This document shows positions 20,027 through 30,207 of a stretch of DNA of 64,000 nucleotides, one piece after another. Origin of the DNA: an uncultured bacterium (GTDB lineage Bacteria; Desulfobacterota; GWC2-55-46; JAJCZF01); the NCBI GenBank assembly GCA_965372515.1, contig CBDVCO010000001.1:686-64685 (forward strand), read 5' to 3'. Both the position numbers and the translations under genes were made by a program. The stretch's first letter is position 1; each line of letters begins with the position of its first letter. Under the pieces are notes generated by a model. The model saw only the letters and a program-made list of their open reading frames with translations. It ran no database searches and was not told the DNA's origin.

Positions 20027-20908
20027 CTATGACAGGGCTCTATGCCCTAAGTGATACCGGGCACTGATGACCGTACCAATGCCTGAGTCTGTAAAGATCT
20101 CCAGAAGCACCGCGTGTTCAACCCTGCCGTCTATTATATGGGTGTTATGAACCCCGTTATCGAGGGCGTCCATACAACAGTTGAGCTTTGGCACCATGCC
20201 ACCTACGGCTACATTATCTTCTATAAGCTTCTCTGTCTCGGCCCGCGTCATCTCCGATATGAGCTTACCCTCCTTGTCGAGCACCCCCTCGACATCCGTC
20301 AGGAGTATCAGCTTCTCGGCCTTTAAGGCAATGGCCAGCGCGCCCGCGACAGTATCCGCGTTGACATTATACGCGCCCGGGTCCTCGCCATAAGCGACCG
20401 GGGCTACTACCGGAATAAGCCTCTTGTCGTCGAGCCCCTCTATTACCGACGGGTCTATGCTATCGACCTCCCCTGCCCGGCCGAGCGTTTCGCCCTTGAC
20501 CTTCATCGCGCGTGCCCTGATAAGCTCGCTCTTTTTGCCTGCGAGTCCCACGGCCTTGCCGCCGAAATCCTCGATAAGGGCCACTATCTCTTTATTTACC
20601 TTATCTACGAGTACCTTTTCGACAACCGCCATGGTATCATCATCGGTGACGCGAATGCCATCGACAAAGCGGGACTGGATCCCGAGCCTCGTAAGCTCTT
20701 CCCCGATCTGCGGGCCGCCGCCGTGAACTATCACCGGGTTGAGGCCCACGTACTTCATAAGCACGATATCGCGGGTAAAACTCTTCTTTAATTCATCTTC
20801 GACCATTGCGCTTCCGCCGTACTTAATGACAATGGTCTTTCCGTGAAAACGCTTGATATATGGCAGTGCCTCAAAGAGCGTCTTGATCTTCTCTATCTTT
20901 TTTTTCAT
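20027..20908 (-). CDS. argB: Acetylglutamate kinase.
   Basis: [10 protein letters not shown] and the amino-acid-kinase fold pattern. Confidence 0.9.
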   Translation of the reverse strand: MKKKIEKIKTLFEALPYIKRFHGKTIVIKYGGSAMVEDELKKSFTRDIVLMKYVGLNPVIVHGGGPQIGEELTRLGIQSRFVDGIRVTDDDTMAVVEKVLVDKVNKEIVALIEDFGGKAVGLAGKKSELIRARAMKVKGETLGRAGEVDSIDPSVIEGLDDKRLIPVVAPVAYGEDPGAYNVNADTVAGALAIALKAEKLILLTDVEGVLDKEGKLISEMTRAETEKLIEDNVAVGGMVPKLNCCMDALDNGVHNTHIIDGRVEHAVLLEIFTDSGIGTVISARYHLGHRALS

Positions 20909-20935
20909 TTTGAAACGGTCCGCCCTGCCCCTGCC

Positions 20936-22291
20936 TTAAAGTATATACCTGCTGAGGTCTTCGTCCTTTACTATCTCGTCCAAGCGCTCCCTCACGTACG
21001 CGGCGTCTATGGTAATCTCTTTTTCCTTCATATCCGGCGCGTCGAAACTTATCTGATCGAGCATCTTCTCCATTACCGTATGGAGCCTTCTGGCGCCTAT
21101 ATTCTCCATCCTGTCGTTTACGCCTGTGGCGATATCGGCGATCTCCTTGATGGCGTCGTCCGTGAATGTGATCGTAATATCCTCTGTCTTAAGGAGCGCC
21201 TCGTACTGCCTCGTGAGCGCGTTCTCCGGTTCAGTCAGTATGCGGACGAAGTCGTCTACGCCCAGGCTCTGCAATTCGACCCTTATGGGAAAGCGCCCCT
21301 GAAACTCCGGGATAAGGTCCGAGGGCTTGGCCACATGAAAGGCCCCGGAGGCGACGAAGAGTATATGGTCGGTCTTGACCATACCGTACTTCGTGTTGAC
21401 TGTCGAGCCCTCGACTATAGGAAGGAGGTCCCTCTGCACACCCTCCCTTGACACGTCCGGCCCCTGCCCCGATGAACGTCCGGTAATCTTATCTATCTCG
21501 TCTATAAAGACTATGCCCGACTGCTCGACCCTTTCAACGGCCTCCTTAATAACATTATCCATATCGATAAGCCTCTGGGCCTCCTCCTGAGCCATAAGTT
21601 CAAAGGCCTCGGGAACCTTCACCTTCCTTCTCTTCGTCTTCTTGGGCATGAAGTTCGAAAAGAGATCCTTAAGGTTCATATCCATCTCTTCGACACCCGC
21701 GGCGGAAAATATCTCGATATTCGGCATCTTCTGATCCGCGCTCTCTATCTCCACGGTTCTGTCGTCGAGCTTACCCTCTCTGAAGAGCTTTCTTAGCTTC
21801 TGCCTTGTGTTGGCCTGAAGCTCACGGTCCTTCGCGAGATGCTCTTCGTCCGGTTTAGATAGGGGCGAGGCGGTAGCCGGAGGAAGCAGCGCGTCAAGGA
21901 GCCTCTCTTCGGCCATCTCTTTCGCCTTTATCTGCACCTTTATACGCTCTTCGTCCTTGACCATCTTCACCGAGAGCTCGGTCAGGTCCCTTATAATGCT
22001 CTCGACATCCCGGCCGACGTAGCCCACCTCGGTGAATTTACTCGCCTCGACCTTTATGAACGGGGCCTGGGCGAGTCTGGCGAGCCTTCTCGATATCTCG
22101 GTCTTGCCGACGCCCGTGGGGCCGATCATGATGATATTCTTCGGCGCTATCTCGTCACGAAGCTTGGGGTCGACATGCTGGCGCCTCCACCTGTTCCTGA
22201 GCGCTATGGCCACGGCCCTCTTTGCCTCGTTCTGGCCTATAATATACTTATCGAGTTCGCTTACTATCTCTCTCGGGGTAAAACTCTTCAT
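20936..22291 (-). CDS. hslU: ATP-dependent protease ATPase subunit HslU.
   Basis: [13 protein letters not shown] Walker A and HslU I-domain. Confidence 0.9.
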   Translation of the reverse strand: MKSFTPREIVSELDKYIIGQNEAKRAVAIALRNRWRRQHVDPKLRDEIAPKNIIMIGPTGVGKTEISRRLARLAQAPFIKVEASKFTEVGYVGRDVESIIRDLTELSVKMVKDEERIKVQIKAKEMAEERLLDALLPPATASPLSKPDEEHLAKDRELQANTRQKLRKLFREGKLDDRTVEIESADQKMPNIEIFSAAGVEEMDMNLKDLFSNFMPKKTKRRKVKVPEAFELMAQEEAQRLIDMDNVIKEAVERVEQSGIVFIDEIDKITGRSSGQGPDVSREGVQRDLLPIVEGSTVNTKYGMVKTDHILFVASGAFHVAKPSDLIPEFQGRFPIRVELQSLGVDDFVRILTEPENALTRQYEALLKTEDITITFTDDAIKEIADIATGVNDRMENIGARRLHTVMEKMLDQISFDAPDMKEKEITIDAAYVRERLDEIVKDEDLSRYIL

Positions 22292-22347
22292 CTAAATTCA
22301 CACTCCTATTATTTAAAGCACCTCTAAAAATTAGATATTTTTTCCGA

Positions 22348-22454
22348 GGACGCTCGCGCCGTATTCGAGGCGGAATGAAAATAAAAAGCAAAGCATATAT
22401 GAACATATGTGAGCATTTTTATTTTTATTCCAACAAAGGACGCTCGCGTCGTAA
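22348..22454. repeat. 17-bp direct repeats AGGACGCTCGCG(C/T)CGTA flanking an AT-rich 73-bp segment in the unusually long (184 bp) hslV-hslU spacer.
   Basis: Copies at 22348-22364 and 22438-22454, read directly from the sequence. Confidence 0.6.
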
Positions 22455-22475
22455 AATCGGGAAAAAGAGCAATTT

Positions 22476-23009
22476 TTATAGCTCTTCGACGCTTATCACG
22501 TCGTTAGTGTATATACAAATATCCGCGGCCGTCCTAAGCGCCTCCTCCGATATCTCTTTCGCGCTCATCTTGGTATGCTTCAAGAGCATCCTCGCCGCCG
22601 CCTGCGCGTAAGGGGCGCCGGAGCCTATTGCCGCTATCCCGTCCTCCGGCTCTATGACGTCGCCCGAGCCTGAGACCACAAAGCTGTGGTCCTTATCGAC
22701 CACTATCAAGAGCGCTTCGAGTTTCCTAAGATACTTATCGGTCCTCCAGTCCTTTGCAAGCTCCACAACGGCCCTCATGAAATTCCCCCGAAACTCGTCG
22801 AGCTTAGCTTCGAATTTATCAGAGAGCGTCATGGCGTCTGCCGTAGAGCCGGCGAAACCAGAGAGCACGGAGTCCTTAACGCGCCTTATCTTGACGGCGC
22901 TCTTTTTCATAACCGTATTGCCGAGCGTAACCTGCCCGTCGCCCGCTATGGCGACCTTACCATCACGCCTTACGGAAATAATAGTCGTACCGTGAAAGTC
23001 GTATTTCAA
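22476..23009 (-). CDS. hslV: ATP-dependent protease subunit HslV.
   Basis: [22 protein letters not shown]-terminal Thr protease motif. Confidence 0.9.
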   Translation of the reverse strand: MKYDFHGTTIISVRRDGKVAIAGDGQVTLGNTVMKKSAVKIRRVKDSVLSGFAGSTADAMTLSDKFEAKLDEFRGNFMRAVVELAKDWRTDKYLRKLEALLIVVDKDHSFVVSGSGDVIEPEDGIAAIGSGAPYAQAAARMLLKHTKMSAKEISEEALRTAADICIYTNDVISVEEL

Positions 23010-23031
23010 GAAGCTACCTCCATCTTAAAAA

Positions 23032-24000
23032 CTACTTGGTGCCTTTAGCCCGCGGATGGCCTTTATCATAACTCTCCATCAACCCCTCTATGCTGACCTT
23101 TGTATACCTCTGGGTGGTCGAGAGGTTCTTGTGTCCGAGCAGTTCCTGAATCGCCCTTAGATCGAGACCCGCGTCCAGGAGGTGCGTGGCGAAAGTGTGC
23201 CTCAGTGAATGCGGCGTAGGGCGCTTATCTATATTACTCTTAGAGACATACTTCTTGACAATCCTCTGGACAGTTCTGGTCGTAAGCCTGCTCCCGGCCC
23301 TTCCGTAAAAGAGCGGGGCTCTACCTTTGGCCGTGACATTACCATTGACAAAAGCCGTGACATTACCCTTGACAAAAACCCTGTCGACCCAGTCATTATA
23401 CGCGCCAATGGCGCCAAGGGCATGCGAGCCCATATAGGCGATACGCTCAACGCCCCCTTTGCCCATCACCCTTAAAGTGCCGCGCTTAAAATCCAGATCC
23501 GCACGGTTCAGGGCGACGAGTTCGCTTACCCTCACTCCCGCCGAGTATAAAAGCTCAAGTATTGCGCGGTCCCTAAGAAGCATCCCGAGCTTTGCCGGAT
23601 TAGTTGCGCCACGAGTAGTAACCCCGCTATCCGGGGACGTTACAAGCTCCTTGGCCTCGTCAACGGTAAGTACCGTCGGCAGGAACTTACCGACCTTCGG
23701 AACGGGCACAAACTCGGCGGGGCTCTTCTTAAGCTCCCCCTTTTTTAAAAGAAATGTATAAAAACTCCTTATGGAAGAGAGCTTTCTGGCTATGCTCGAT
23801 CTCTTAAGACGGCCATGAAGGCTTGCTATATAGTCCTTTACCTGCGCCTCGCCTACGCCTTTAAGAGTAACTGCGGCCCCAATATCCTTAAGAAAAGCCA
23901 CGAATTCAAGAAGGTCTCTCTTATAAGCGGCCCTGGTATGTACTGAGGCGTTTCGCTCGACGTCAAGGTAAATGTCGAATCTCTCTATAGCGCTTTTCAA
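23032..24000 (-). CDS. xerC: Tyrosine site-specific recombinase XerC/XerD (chromosome dimer resolution).
   Basis: N-terminal SAM-like domain, R..HxxR..Y catalytic pattern (HSLRHTFATHLL, RYT). Conserved xerC-hslV-hslU synteny. Confidence 0.8.
   Translation of the reverse strand: MKSAIERFDIYLDVERNASVHTRAAYKRDLLEFVAFLKDIGAAVTLKGVGEAQVKDYIASLHGRLKRSSIARKLSSIRSFYTFLLKKGELKKSPAEFVPVPKVGKFLPTVLTVDEAKELVTSPDSGVTTRGATNPAKLGMLLRDRAILELLYSAGVRVSELVALNRADLDFKRGTLRVMGKGGVERIAYMGSHALGAIGAYNDWVDRVFVKGNVTAFVNGNVTAKGRAPLFYGRAGSRLTTRTVQRIVKKYVSKSNIDKRPTPHSLRHTFATHLLDAGLDLRAIQELLGHKNLSTTQRYTKVSIEGLMESYDKGHPRAKGTK
23330..23377. repeat. Perfect-frame 24-bp tandem duplication (1 mismatch) inside xerC, giving a duplicated GNVTA peptide.
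   Basis: gccgtgacattacc(a/c)ttgacaaaa occurs twice, head to tail. Confidence 0.8.
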
Positions 24001-24063
24001 TAGAGCACCTATAGCGTCAATATTTAATAAGCTTTGTGTTGTGTAAACAGCATCTTATCACAC

Positions 24064-24819
24064 TCAGCGAATGATATCCAAGAACCGCCTGAACCTGATC
24101 GTCGCCTTCACGCTATCCCATGACCAGTATATTATAAGCGCCTTTCCTTTGAGCTCCGAGACAGGCACAGTGATATTCGCCGGATTTTCAAGCCCCCAGT
24201 AGCGGCTGTCATAACTGTTGTCCCTGTTGTCGCCCATAACAAAGACCCTTCCCTCCGGGATGATATAAGGTCCGAAATCCCTTATAATGCTCGACCCCCT
24301 GACATATGGACCCTTAAAGACCGCCTGAGGAGTAATTGCCACTTCACCATTAATATATACTACATCTCTCTTGATCTGGATCGTATCATTAGCGACGGCG
24401 ACTACCCTCTTTATGTAATCCTTGCTCCTGTCGTTAGGATAGCGAAAAACAACTATGTCTCCCCTCTTGACACTACCCCAGATATTATAGAGCTTTGTCT
24501 CAAAGAACGGGATCCTCACGCCAAAGAGCTTGATCATCGCCGGGCGCGGTACCTGCAGGCCGTAAGAGAATTTATTGACCAGAAGGTGATCGCCCACCAG
24601 GAGCGTGTCCTCCATGGAGCTTGAGGGTATCTTAAATGCCTGCAAGACAAAGGTACGTATAAAGAGGGCGAGGATAATGGCTATGATTATAGCCTCGATG
24701 GTCTCCCTTGCCTGCCCCTTCTTTCGCTTCTTACCTTGACTGCTACCCTGACGGCTACCCAGTTCCTCTTCCCCTTTAGAGCCGCCGCCTCCCCCTTTTA
24801 ATATATCGAATATACTCAT
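24064..24819 (-). CDS. lepB: Signal peptidase I.
   Basis: SSSMEDTL catalytic-Ser box and the GDNRDNSYDSRYWG box E. Confidence 0.85.
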   Translation of the reverse strand: MSIFDILKGGGGGSKGEEELGSRQGSSQGKKRKKGQARETIEAIIIAIILALFIRTFVLQAFKIPSSSMEDTLLVGDHLLVNKFSYGLQVPRPAMIKLFGVRIPFFETKLYNIWGSVKRGDIVVFRYPNDRSKDYIKRVVAVANDTIQIKRDVVYINGEVAITPQAVFKGPYVRGSSIIRDFGPYIIPEGRVFVMGDNRDNSYDSRYWGLENPANITVPVSELKGKALIIYWSWDSVKATIRFRRFLDIIR

Positions 24820-25043
24820 ATATTTTCTTGTTACCTTTGGTGGATCTAATTAAAACCGAATCAATAAATTTATTCCTTTAAAGGTCTAAAGTCAAGTACG
24901 CTTACAGGTATTTTACCCCTGCCCGGCGGGACCGGCCTTCTGTATCGTAGCCTATCTTTAAATAACTACGCCGCGTACTGAGGCGGTCCGTATGCTATGG
25001 ATCTTTGCCGCGCGGTATAATACCGGGCTGGCCCGGCAAAAGG

Positions 25044-26843
25044 TCAATCGATCTTCAAGACCGCGAGGAATGCCTCCTGGGGAAGCTCCACATTGCCCAC
25101 CCGCTTCATCCGTTTCTTACCCTCTTTTTGCTTTTCAAGGAGCTTCCTCTTTCTCGTTATGTCGCCTCCGTAGCACTTGGCGGTCACGTTCTTCCTAAGC
25201 GCCCTTATGCGCTCACTCGCTATGACCCTCGACCCTATAGAGGCCTGGATGGCGACGTCGAACATCTGCCTCTGTATGATCTCCTTCATCTTAACGGCGA
25301 TCTCTTTGCCCCTCATATATGCCTTCTCCTTGGGAACTATAAGGCTGAGCGCGTCCACGGGGTCGCCGTTCAGGAGTATATCGAGCTTTACGAGATCAGA
25401 CTCCCTGTAATCGAGATACTCATAATCCATGGAGGCGTAACCCCTGGTCACGGTCTTAAGGCGGTCGTAAAAGTCCATCACCACCTCATTGAGCGGTATC
25501 TCATAGGTGAGCATCACGCGCTCCTCGCTAAGATAGTTTATATCCCTCTGCACCCCCCTTCGCGCTTCGCACAGAGTGATAACCGGCCCCACGTACTCGC
25601 TTGGCAAGTGGAGGGTTGCGAGGATAAAGGGCTCTTCGATCTTGTCTATATAGTTAGCCGCCGGAAGCTCCGATGGGTTATGGACCATCACCACCTCATT
25701 ATCCTGCTTTGTAACCTTATACACAACTGTCGGCGCGGTCGTAATGAGCGACAGGTCGTATTCGCGCTCCAAACGCTCCTGGATTATCTCCATATGAAAG
25801 AGGCCGAGAAAACCGCACCTGAAGCCGAAGCCGAGCGCCAGAGATGTCTCGGGCTCGAAGGTAAAGGAGGAGTCGTTAAGCCGCAACTTCTTTACCGCCT
25901 CCTTCAGGTTCTCATACTGCACGGAATCTGTCGGATAGAGCCCGCTAAAGACCATGGGCATGATCTCCTTGTAGCCCGGCAGCGGCTCGGCCGCGGGGTT
26001 ATCGGCCAGGGTTATCGTATCCCCGACACTCGTGTCGCGCACTTCCTTTATCGCCGCCGTGAAAAACCCGACCTCTCCTACTGAGAGCTCCTTAACCTCG
26101 GTAGCGCCCGGAGAAAAGACCCCGACACTGTCCACGTCAAAGCTCTTGCCCGTAGAAAAGAATTTTATTCTTTGGCCCCTCTTTATCTTTCCGTCGAAGA
26201 CCCTGATCTGTACGACGACCCCCTGATAAGGGTCGTACCATGAATCGAATGCAAGGGCCTTCAATGGCGCGTCCGGGTCGCCTTCGGGAGGGGGTATGCG
26301 CTCGACTATCGCCTCAAGTACATCTTCAATACCTATGCCTTTCTTCGCGCTCGTGAGTACCGCGCTCTCGGCGTCAAGGGCCAAAAGCTCCTCTATCTCG
26401 CCCTTTACCCGTTCCGGATCGGCACTCGGCAGGTCGATCTTATTAAGTACGGGAAAGATCTCCAACCCTACGTCCATCGCCGTATACAGGTGCGCGAGAG
26501 TCTGGGCCTCGACCCCCTGAGAGGCGTCGACGACCAGGACCGCCCCCTCGCAGGCCGATAGAGAACGGCTGACTTCGTAGCTGAAATCAACATGGCCCGG
26601 CGTGTCTATTAGATTTAAGACATACTCCTGACCGTCTCTCGCCTTATAGCTAAGCCTCGCGGTCTGCGCCTTGATCGTAACGCCGCGTTCTCTTTCCAGG
26701 TCCATCTTGTCCATGAACTGGTCGGTCTTTTCGCGATCACTGAGCGCCCCGGTCAATTCCAGGATCCTGTCCGAAAGCGTTGACTTGCCGTGGTCTATAT
26801 GGGCGATTATGGAAAAGTTGCGTATAAGTTTGCTCTGAGCCAT
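25044..26843 (-). CDS. lepA: Translation elongation factor 4 (LepA).
   Basis: [18 protein letters not shown]-domain and LepA C-terminal domain. Start at MAQSK, not the upstream ORF-track Met. Confidence 0.9.
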   Translation of the reverse strand: MAQSKLIRNFSIIAHIDHGKSTLSDRILELTGALSDREKTDQFMDKMDLERERGVTIKAQTARLSYKARDGQEYVLNLIDTPGHVDFSYEVSRSLSACEGAVLVVDASQGVEAQTLAHLYTAMDVGLEIFPVLNKIDLPSADPERVKGEIEELLALDAESAVLTSAKKGIGIEDVLEAIVERIPPPEGDPDAPLKALAFDSWYDPYQGVVVQIRVFDGKIKRGQRIKFFSTGKSFDVDSVGVFSPGATEVKELSVGEVGFFTAAIKEVRDTSVGDTITLADNPAAEPLPGYKEIMPMVFSGLYPTDSVQYENLKEAVKKLRLNDSSFTFEPETSLALGFGFRCGFLGLFHMEIIQERLEREYDLSLITTAPTVVYKVTKQDNEVVMVHNPSELPAANYIDKIEEPFILATLHLPSEYVGPVITLCEARRGVQRDINYLSEERVMLTYEIPLNEVVMDFYDRLKTVTRGYASMDYEYLDYRESDLVKLDILLNGDPVDALSLIVPKEKAYMRGKEIAVKMKEIIQRQMFDVAIQASIGSRVIASERIRALRKNVTAKCYGGDITRKRKLLEKQKEGKKRMKRVGNVELPQEAFLAVLKID

Positions 26844-26907
26844 TTCTTTTGCCTTTAGGGGATAATTTAATAGATAAGTATATGGAACTAACCGCACTTT
26901 GTCAAAA

Positions 26908-27246
26908 GAAACCCCGCCAGCGGGGTTTTATACCACGCAACATTACGCACATAACATACGGACCGCCGCACTACGCGGCAACCCCATCTAAAGATCGCCT
27001 GGAGTATAAAAAGAAACCCCGCCAGTCCGCCGGACCAGTCCGGTCTTATACCACGCAACATTACGCACATAACATACGGACCGCCGCACTACGCGGCAAA
27101 GCCATCTAAAGATCGCCTAGAGTATAAAAAGAAACCCCGCCAGCCCGCCGGACCAGTCCGGTTTAATGCCACGCAACATTACGCCCATAGCATACGGCCC
27201 GCGACACTACGCGGCAAAGTCATTTAAAGATTGCCCGGGGTATAGA
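26908..27246. repeat. Three head-to-tail copies of a 105-118-bp unit, each with two hairpins and ending in TATAAAAAG.
   Basis: Copy boundaries at 26908, 27013, 27131. The core CCACGCAACATTACGCACATAACATACGGACCGCCGCACTACGCGGCAA is conserved. The 5' hairpin is AAACCCCGCcagGCGGGGTTT in copy 1 and CCGGACcaGTCCGG-containing in copies 2 and 3. Confidence 0.75.
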
Positions 27247-27281
27247 TTGAAGCCATCCGGTTTTTATGTTATTTCATATCA

Positions 27282-29390
27282 ATGACCTCGATGCCTGACA
27301 AGTACAACGCCCCCGACATTATCAAGGCGCTCTTTATCGTCATAGTGACATTTGTCGTATATATCCGGGCCATCCATGGCGGTTTTATATGGGACGATCA
27401 GACTTTTATCGTAGAGAACAGGTTCCTCCTCGACCTTGACGGGCTTTGGTCCATCTGGTTCACCACCGACCTCTCACACCAGTACTACCCGCTTGCTTCA
27501 ACCATCTTCTGGATAGAACGCCACATATTCGGCCTGAATCCAATTGGATATCACACTTTAAATATCGCCCTTCACTCTATAAACGCCCTGCTCGTTTGGG
27601 TCGCATGCCGAAGGCTAAAGCTTGGCGGGGCCTACGCTATCGCTCTGATCTTCTCACTCCACCCGGTGCACATAGACAGCGTGGCCTTTGTAAATGAAAT
27701 GAAGAACCTCGTCTCAGGGCTCTTCTACCTCTTGGCGCTCTTAAGCTTCCTCACCTTTGAAGAGAAAGGCTCAAAACGCTGGTACGCGCTCACGCTCCTT
27801 GCATTCGTATTAGCGCTTCTCAGTAAGACCGTCGCCGGCACCCTGCCGGCCGCGCTCTTGATAATACGCTGGATGAGACATAAAGATATAGGCCCCGGCT
27901 ACATCCTGAGGCTTGTACCGTTCTTTATTATAGCCGCCGCCTTCGCCGTTGTGACAATAGCCGTTGAGGTGGAAAATACCGGAGTGGATATCGGCATCAG
28001 CTTTGCACAGAGGCTGCTTGTAGCAGGGCGCGCCTCCTGGTTCTACGCGACGAAGCTTATATATCCAATGAAGCTCTCATTTATCTACCCGCGCTTTACT
28101 CCCGATATCACGAGCTTAACCCAATGGGCCTACCCGCTCGGGGTCGTGGCCCTAACGCTTCTACTCTTTGGCTTAAGAAAGAGGCTCACTCGCGCGCCTG
28201 TGGCCGCCGTAGCCTTTTTTCTCGTTACCATCTTCCCGGCCCTGGGCTTTGTCGACATAAACTTCTTTAACTACTCTTACGTAGCCGACCACTTCCAGTA
28301 TCTGGCCAGCCTTGCGCTCATAGCGCTCGCAGTCGGTGTTATTTGCCGCCTGATCAAAAACCTGCCAGGGCCCGTAGCTTACATAACGGCAATCTCAATA
28401 GTCTTTATCCTTGGAGTGCTTACCTTGAGCCGCTTAAGCGTGACCACGAACCACGAATTGCTCTGGAGGGATACCATAAAAAAGAACCCCGCGTCATGGG
28501 CGGCACACAACAATTTCGGCAATCTCCTCTTCGCCCAAAAACGCATACCGGAATCTATAAAAGAGTTTCAAATGTCGATCAGCATAAACCCCTACAGTGA
28601 GAAAGCCAGAGGCAACCTCGCTAACGCCTTGACCGAGACCGGCCGCTTTGATGAAGCGATAGACCAGTACGAAGCGGCGCTAAGGATAACCCCGGACAAT
28701 CCGCTCACGCTTATTAATATCGGCATAAATTACACACTGCAAAACAAATTCGAAGAGGCCGTCCGGAAATTCGAGCGCTCCATAGAGCTAAACCCTTATG
28801 ATTCATACGCTTTTTATAACTACGCACTGGCGCTTACGGGGCTAAATAGAGCAATTGATGCTGAGCGCGCCTATCTAAAGGCCATAGAGCTAAACCCCGC
28901 GGATACGGATTCAAGAAATAACCTGGCCAATATATACATGGACAAAAATGACCTTGACCGGGCTATGGCGCTCTACACTGAGGTGATAGAACTGCTCCCG
29001 ACCCACGCCCGGGCCAATAATAACCTCGGCATTATCATGAGCATAAGAAAAGAATACGAATTAAGCCTCTCCTACTTTGAGGTGGCCATAAAAGCTGACC
29101 CGGAATATGCCGATGCCCATTATAACTTCGCGATAACGCTTGAAGATATCGGCAGGCATAAAGAGGCCCTGGAAAAATACCAGGCGGTCTTAAGGCTTGA
29201 ACCGGACCACGCTGAAACAAATAATAATATCGGCTCCATCCTCTTAAAAGAGGGCGATCACCAGGCAGCGAAAGGATATTTTCAACAAGCGCTAAGGCTA
29301 GACCCGTCAAGCCCGATATACAAAAAGAACCTGGAGATCGCAGATAAACTCACCAGGGGCGACAGGGCCCGCGGCCTTAAAAGGCATTAA
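27282..29390 (+). CDS. TMTC/PMT-like GT-C glycosyltransferase-fold membrane domain (DUF1736-like) fused to C-terminal TPR repeats, 702 aa.
   Basis: About 11 TM N-domain with a loop-1 acidic motif (GGFIWDDQTF), then at least 8 TPR repeats. Paralogue of 41417..43525. Confidence 0.6.
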   Translation: MTSMPDKYNAPDIIKALFIVIVTFVVYIRAIHGGFIWDDQTFIVENRFLLDLDGLWSIWFTTDLSHQYYPLASTIFWIERHIFGLNPIGYHTLNIALHSINALLVWVACRRLKLGGAYAIALIFSLHPVHIDSVAFVNEMKNLVSGLFYLLALLSFLTFEEKGSKRWYALTLLAFVLALLSKTVAGTLPAALLIIRWMRHKDIGPGYILRLVPFFIIAAAFAVVTIAVEVENTGVDIGISFAQRLLVAGRASWFYATKLIYPMKLSFIYPRFTPDITSLTQWAYPLGVVALTLLLFGLRKRLTRAPVAAVAFFLVTIFPALGFVDINFFNYSYVADHFQYLASLALIALAVGVICRLIKNLPGPVAYITAISIVFILGVLTLSRLSVTTNHELLWRDTIKKNPASWAAHNNFGNLLFAQKRIPESIKEFQMSISINPYSEKARGNLANALTETGRFDEAIDQYEAALRITPDNPLTLINIGINYTLQNKFEEAVRKFERSIELNPYDSYAFYNYALALTGLNRAIDAERAYLKAIELNPADTDSRNNLANIYMDKNDLDRAMALYTEVIELLPTHARANNNLGIIMSIRKEYELSLSYFEVAIKADPEYADAHYNFAITLEDIGRHKEALEKYQAVLRLEPDHAETNNNIGSILLKEGDHQAAKGYFQQALRLDPSSPIYKKNLEIADKLTRGDRARGLKRH

Positions 29391-29505
29391 TTCTTGCACT
29401 AAAAGCGCCTTTATAGTAAGAGTTATAATAAAGATATATTCGTCTTTATATAATAAATACCGCCTAAACACTCTATCTTTAGAGTATTAGATCCAGGGAG
29501 CCCCC

Positions 29506-30150
29506 TTGAATAAGCCTGTACGCAAGAGAGTTCTAAAGACAATATTCGCCCTCTTCTTTCTGTGCTTCCTCTCTATTTCAGGATGCGAGAGTTTGAAGGA
29601 GGCGCTCGACCATAAATACTATCCACCCGGAAGCCTTGACGAAGAAGGCAAAGTAAAGACCAGCCAGACCGACAAGACCGAATACTACAACAAGTTCTAT
29701 GCTCAAATAACGCGCAGATTCACTATGAAGCAAGGAGAGATGAGAAATGTCACGCTCGATAGCCTTCCCAAAGGGCACGGAGGAGAGATCAACTGGACAG
29801 CCGCCGTGCTGGAGGGCTATATCAGCCCGCGAGGTTCGCTCGACCCGGACGCTGAAGAGGTACCCCCGCTCGACCTGAATATCTTTATAGAGGCCAAGGT
29901 CCCTCTGATGGCAAATGTGCTGTTTCCCCACTCTATCCACACGTACTGGCTTAGTTGCAACAACTGCCACCCGAAGATATTCATCCCGCAGGCCGGAGCC
30001 AACCCGATCAGCATGAACGAGATCTTCGAAGGCAAATGGTGCGGCCGGTGCCACGGCAAGGTGGCCTTCAAATTCTTTCCCATCGCCAATTGCAGGAGGT
30101 GCCATATCGTCATGAAATATCAATCCCTTGAAGAAGAGCACTTTAGATAG
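29506..30150 (+). CDS. Lipoprotein with a C-terminal triheme cytochrome c7-like (cytochrome c3 family) domain.
   Basis: Lipobox ISGCE. FPHSIH...CNNCH...CGRCH...CRRCH matches the c7 (PpcA-like) heme arrangement. TTG start with an AGGGAG SD. Confidence 0.65.
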   Translation: MNKPVRKRVLKTIFALFFLCFLSISGCESLKEALDHKYYPPGSLDEEGKVKTSQTDKTEYYNKFYAQITRRFTMKQGEMRNVTLDSLPKGHGGEINWTAAVLEGYISPRGSLDPDAEEVPPLDLNIFIEAKVPLMANVLFPHSIHTYWLSCNNCHPKIFIPQAGANPISMNEIFEGKWCGRCHGKVAFKFFPIANCRRCHIVMKYQSLEEEHFR

Positions 30151-30207
30151 GCCCGGGCCTTAAGACCCGTCCCCGGTCAATGGAGAGCACATTGAACGCC
30201 CGCCCCA

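Noticed and set aside
22375-22611. 78-aa ORF on the + strand in the hslV-hslU spacer.
   Set aside because: It is antisense to both neighbours, runs into the hslV coding region, has no RBS and is of low complexity. The segment is treated as a non-coding repeat-bounded insert instead.
23032-24000. Tyrosine recombinase as a prophage or integron integrase marking a mobile element.
   Set aside because: It is flanked by lepB and hslVU in the conserved chromosomal xerC/codV-hslV-hslU arrangement. No phage, IS or att-like genes are nearby.
25005-26084. 359-aa ORF on the + strand antisense to lepA.
   Set aside because: It is a shadow ORF inside a highly conserved gene in a GC-rich sequence. Similar antisense ORFs (2667..3311 in mtnP, 5587..6282 in rluD, 11818..12672 over folK/dapL, 36030..36524, 38785..39150) are rejected for the same reason.
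26849-27109. Two overlapping ORF-track ORFs (26849..27109 on +, 26888..27070 on -) lying in the triple repeat.
   Set aside because: Both lie entirely inside the tandem repeats and translate to repetitive peptides with no start context. They are artefacts of the repeat.
26908-27246. CRISPR array.
   Set aside because: The repeat units are 105-118 bp and directly abutting, with no short repeat/spacer alternation and no cas genes in the window.
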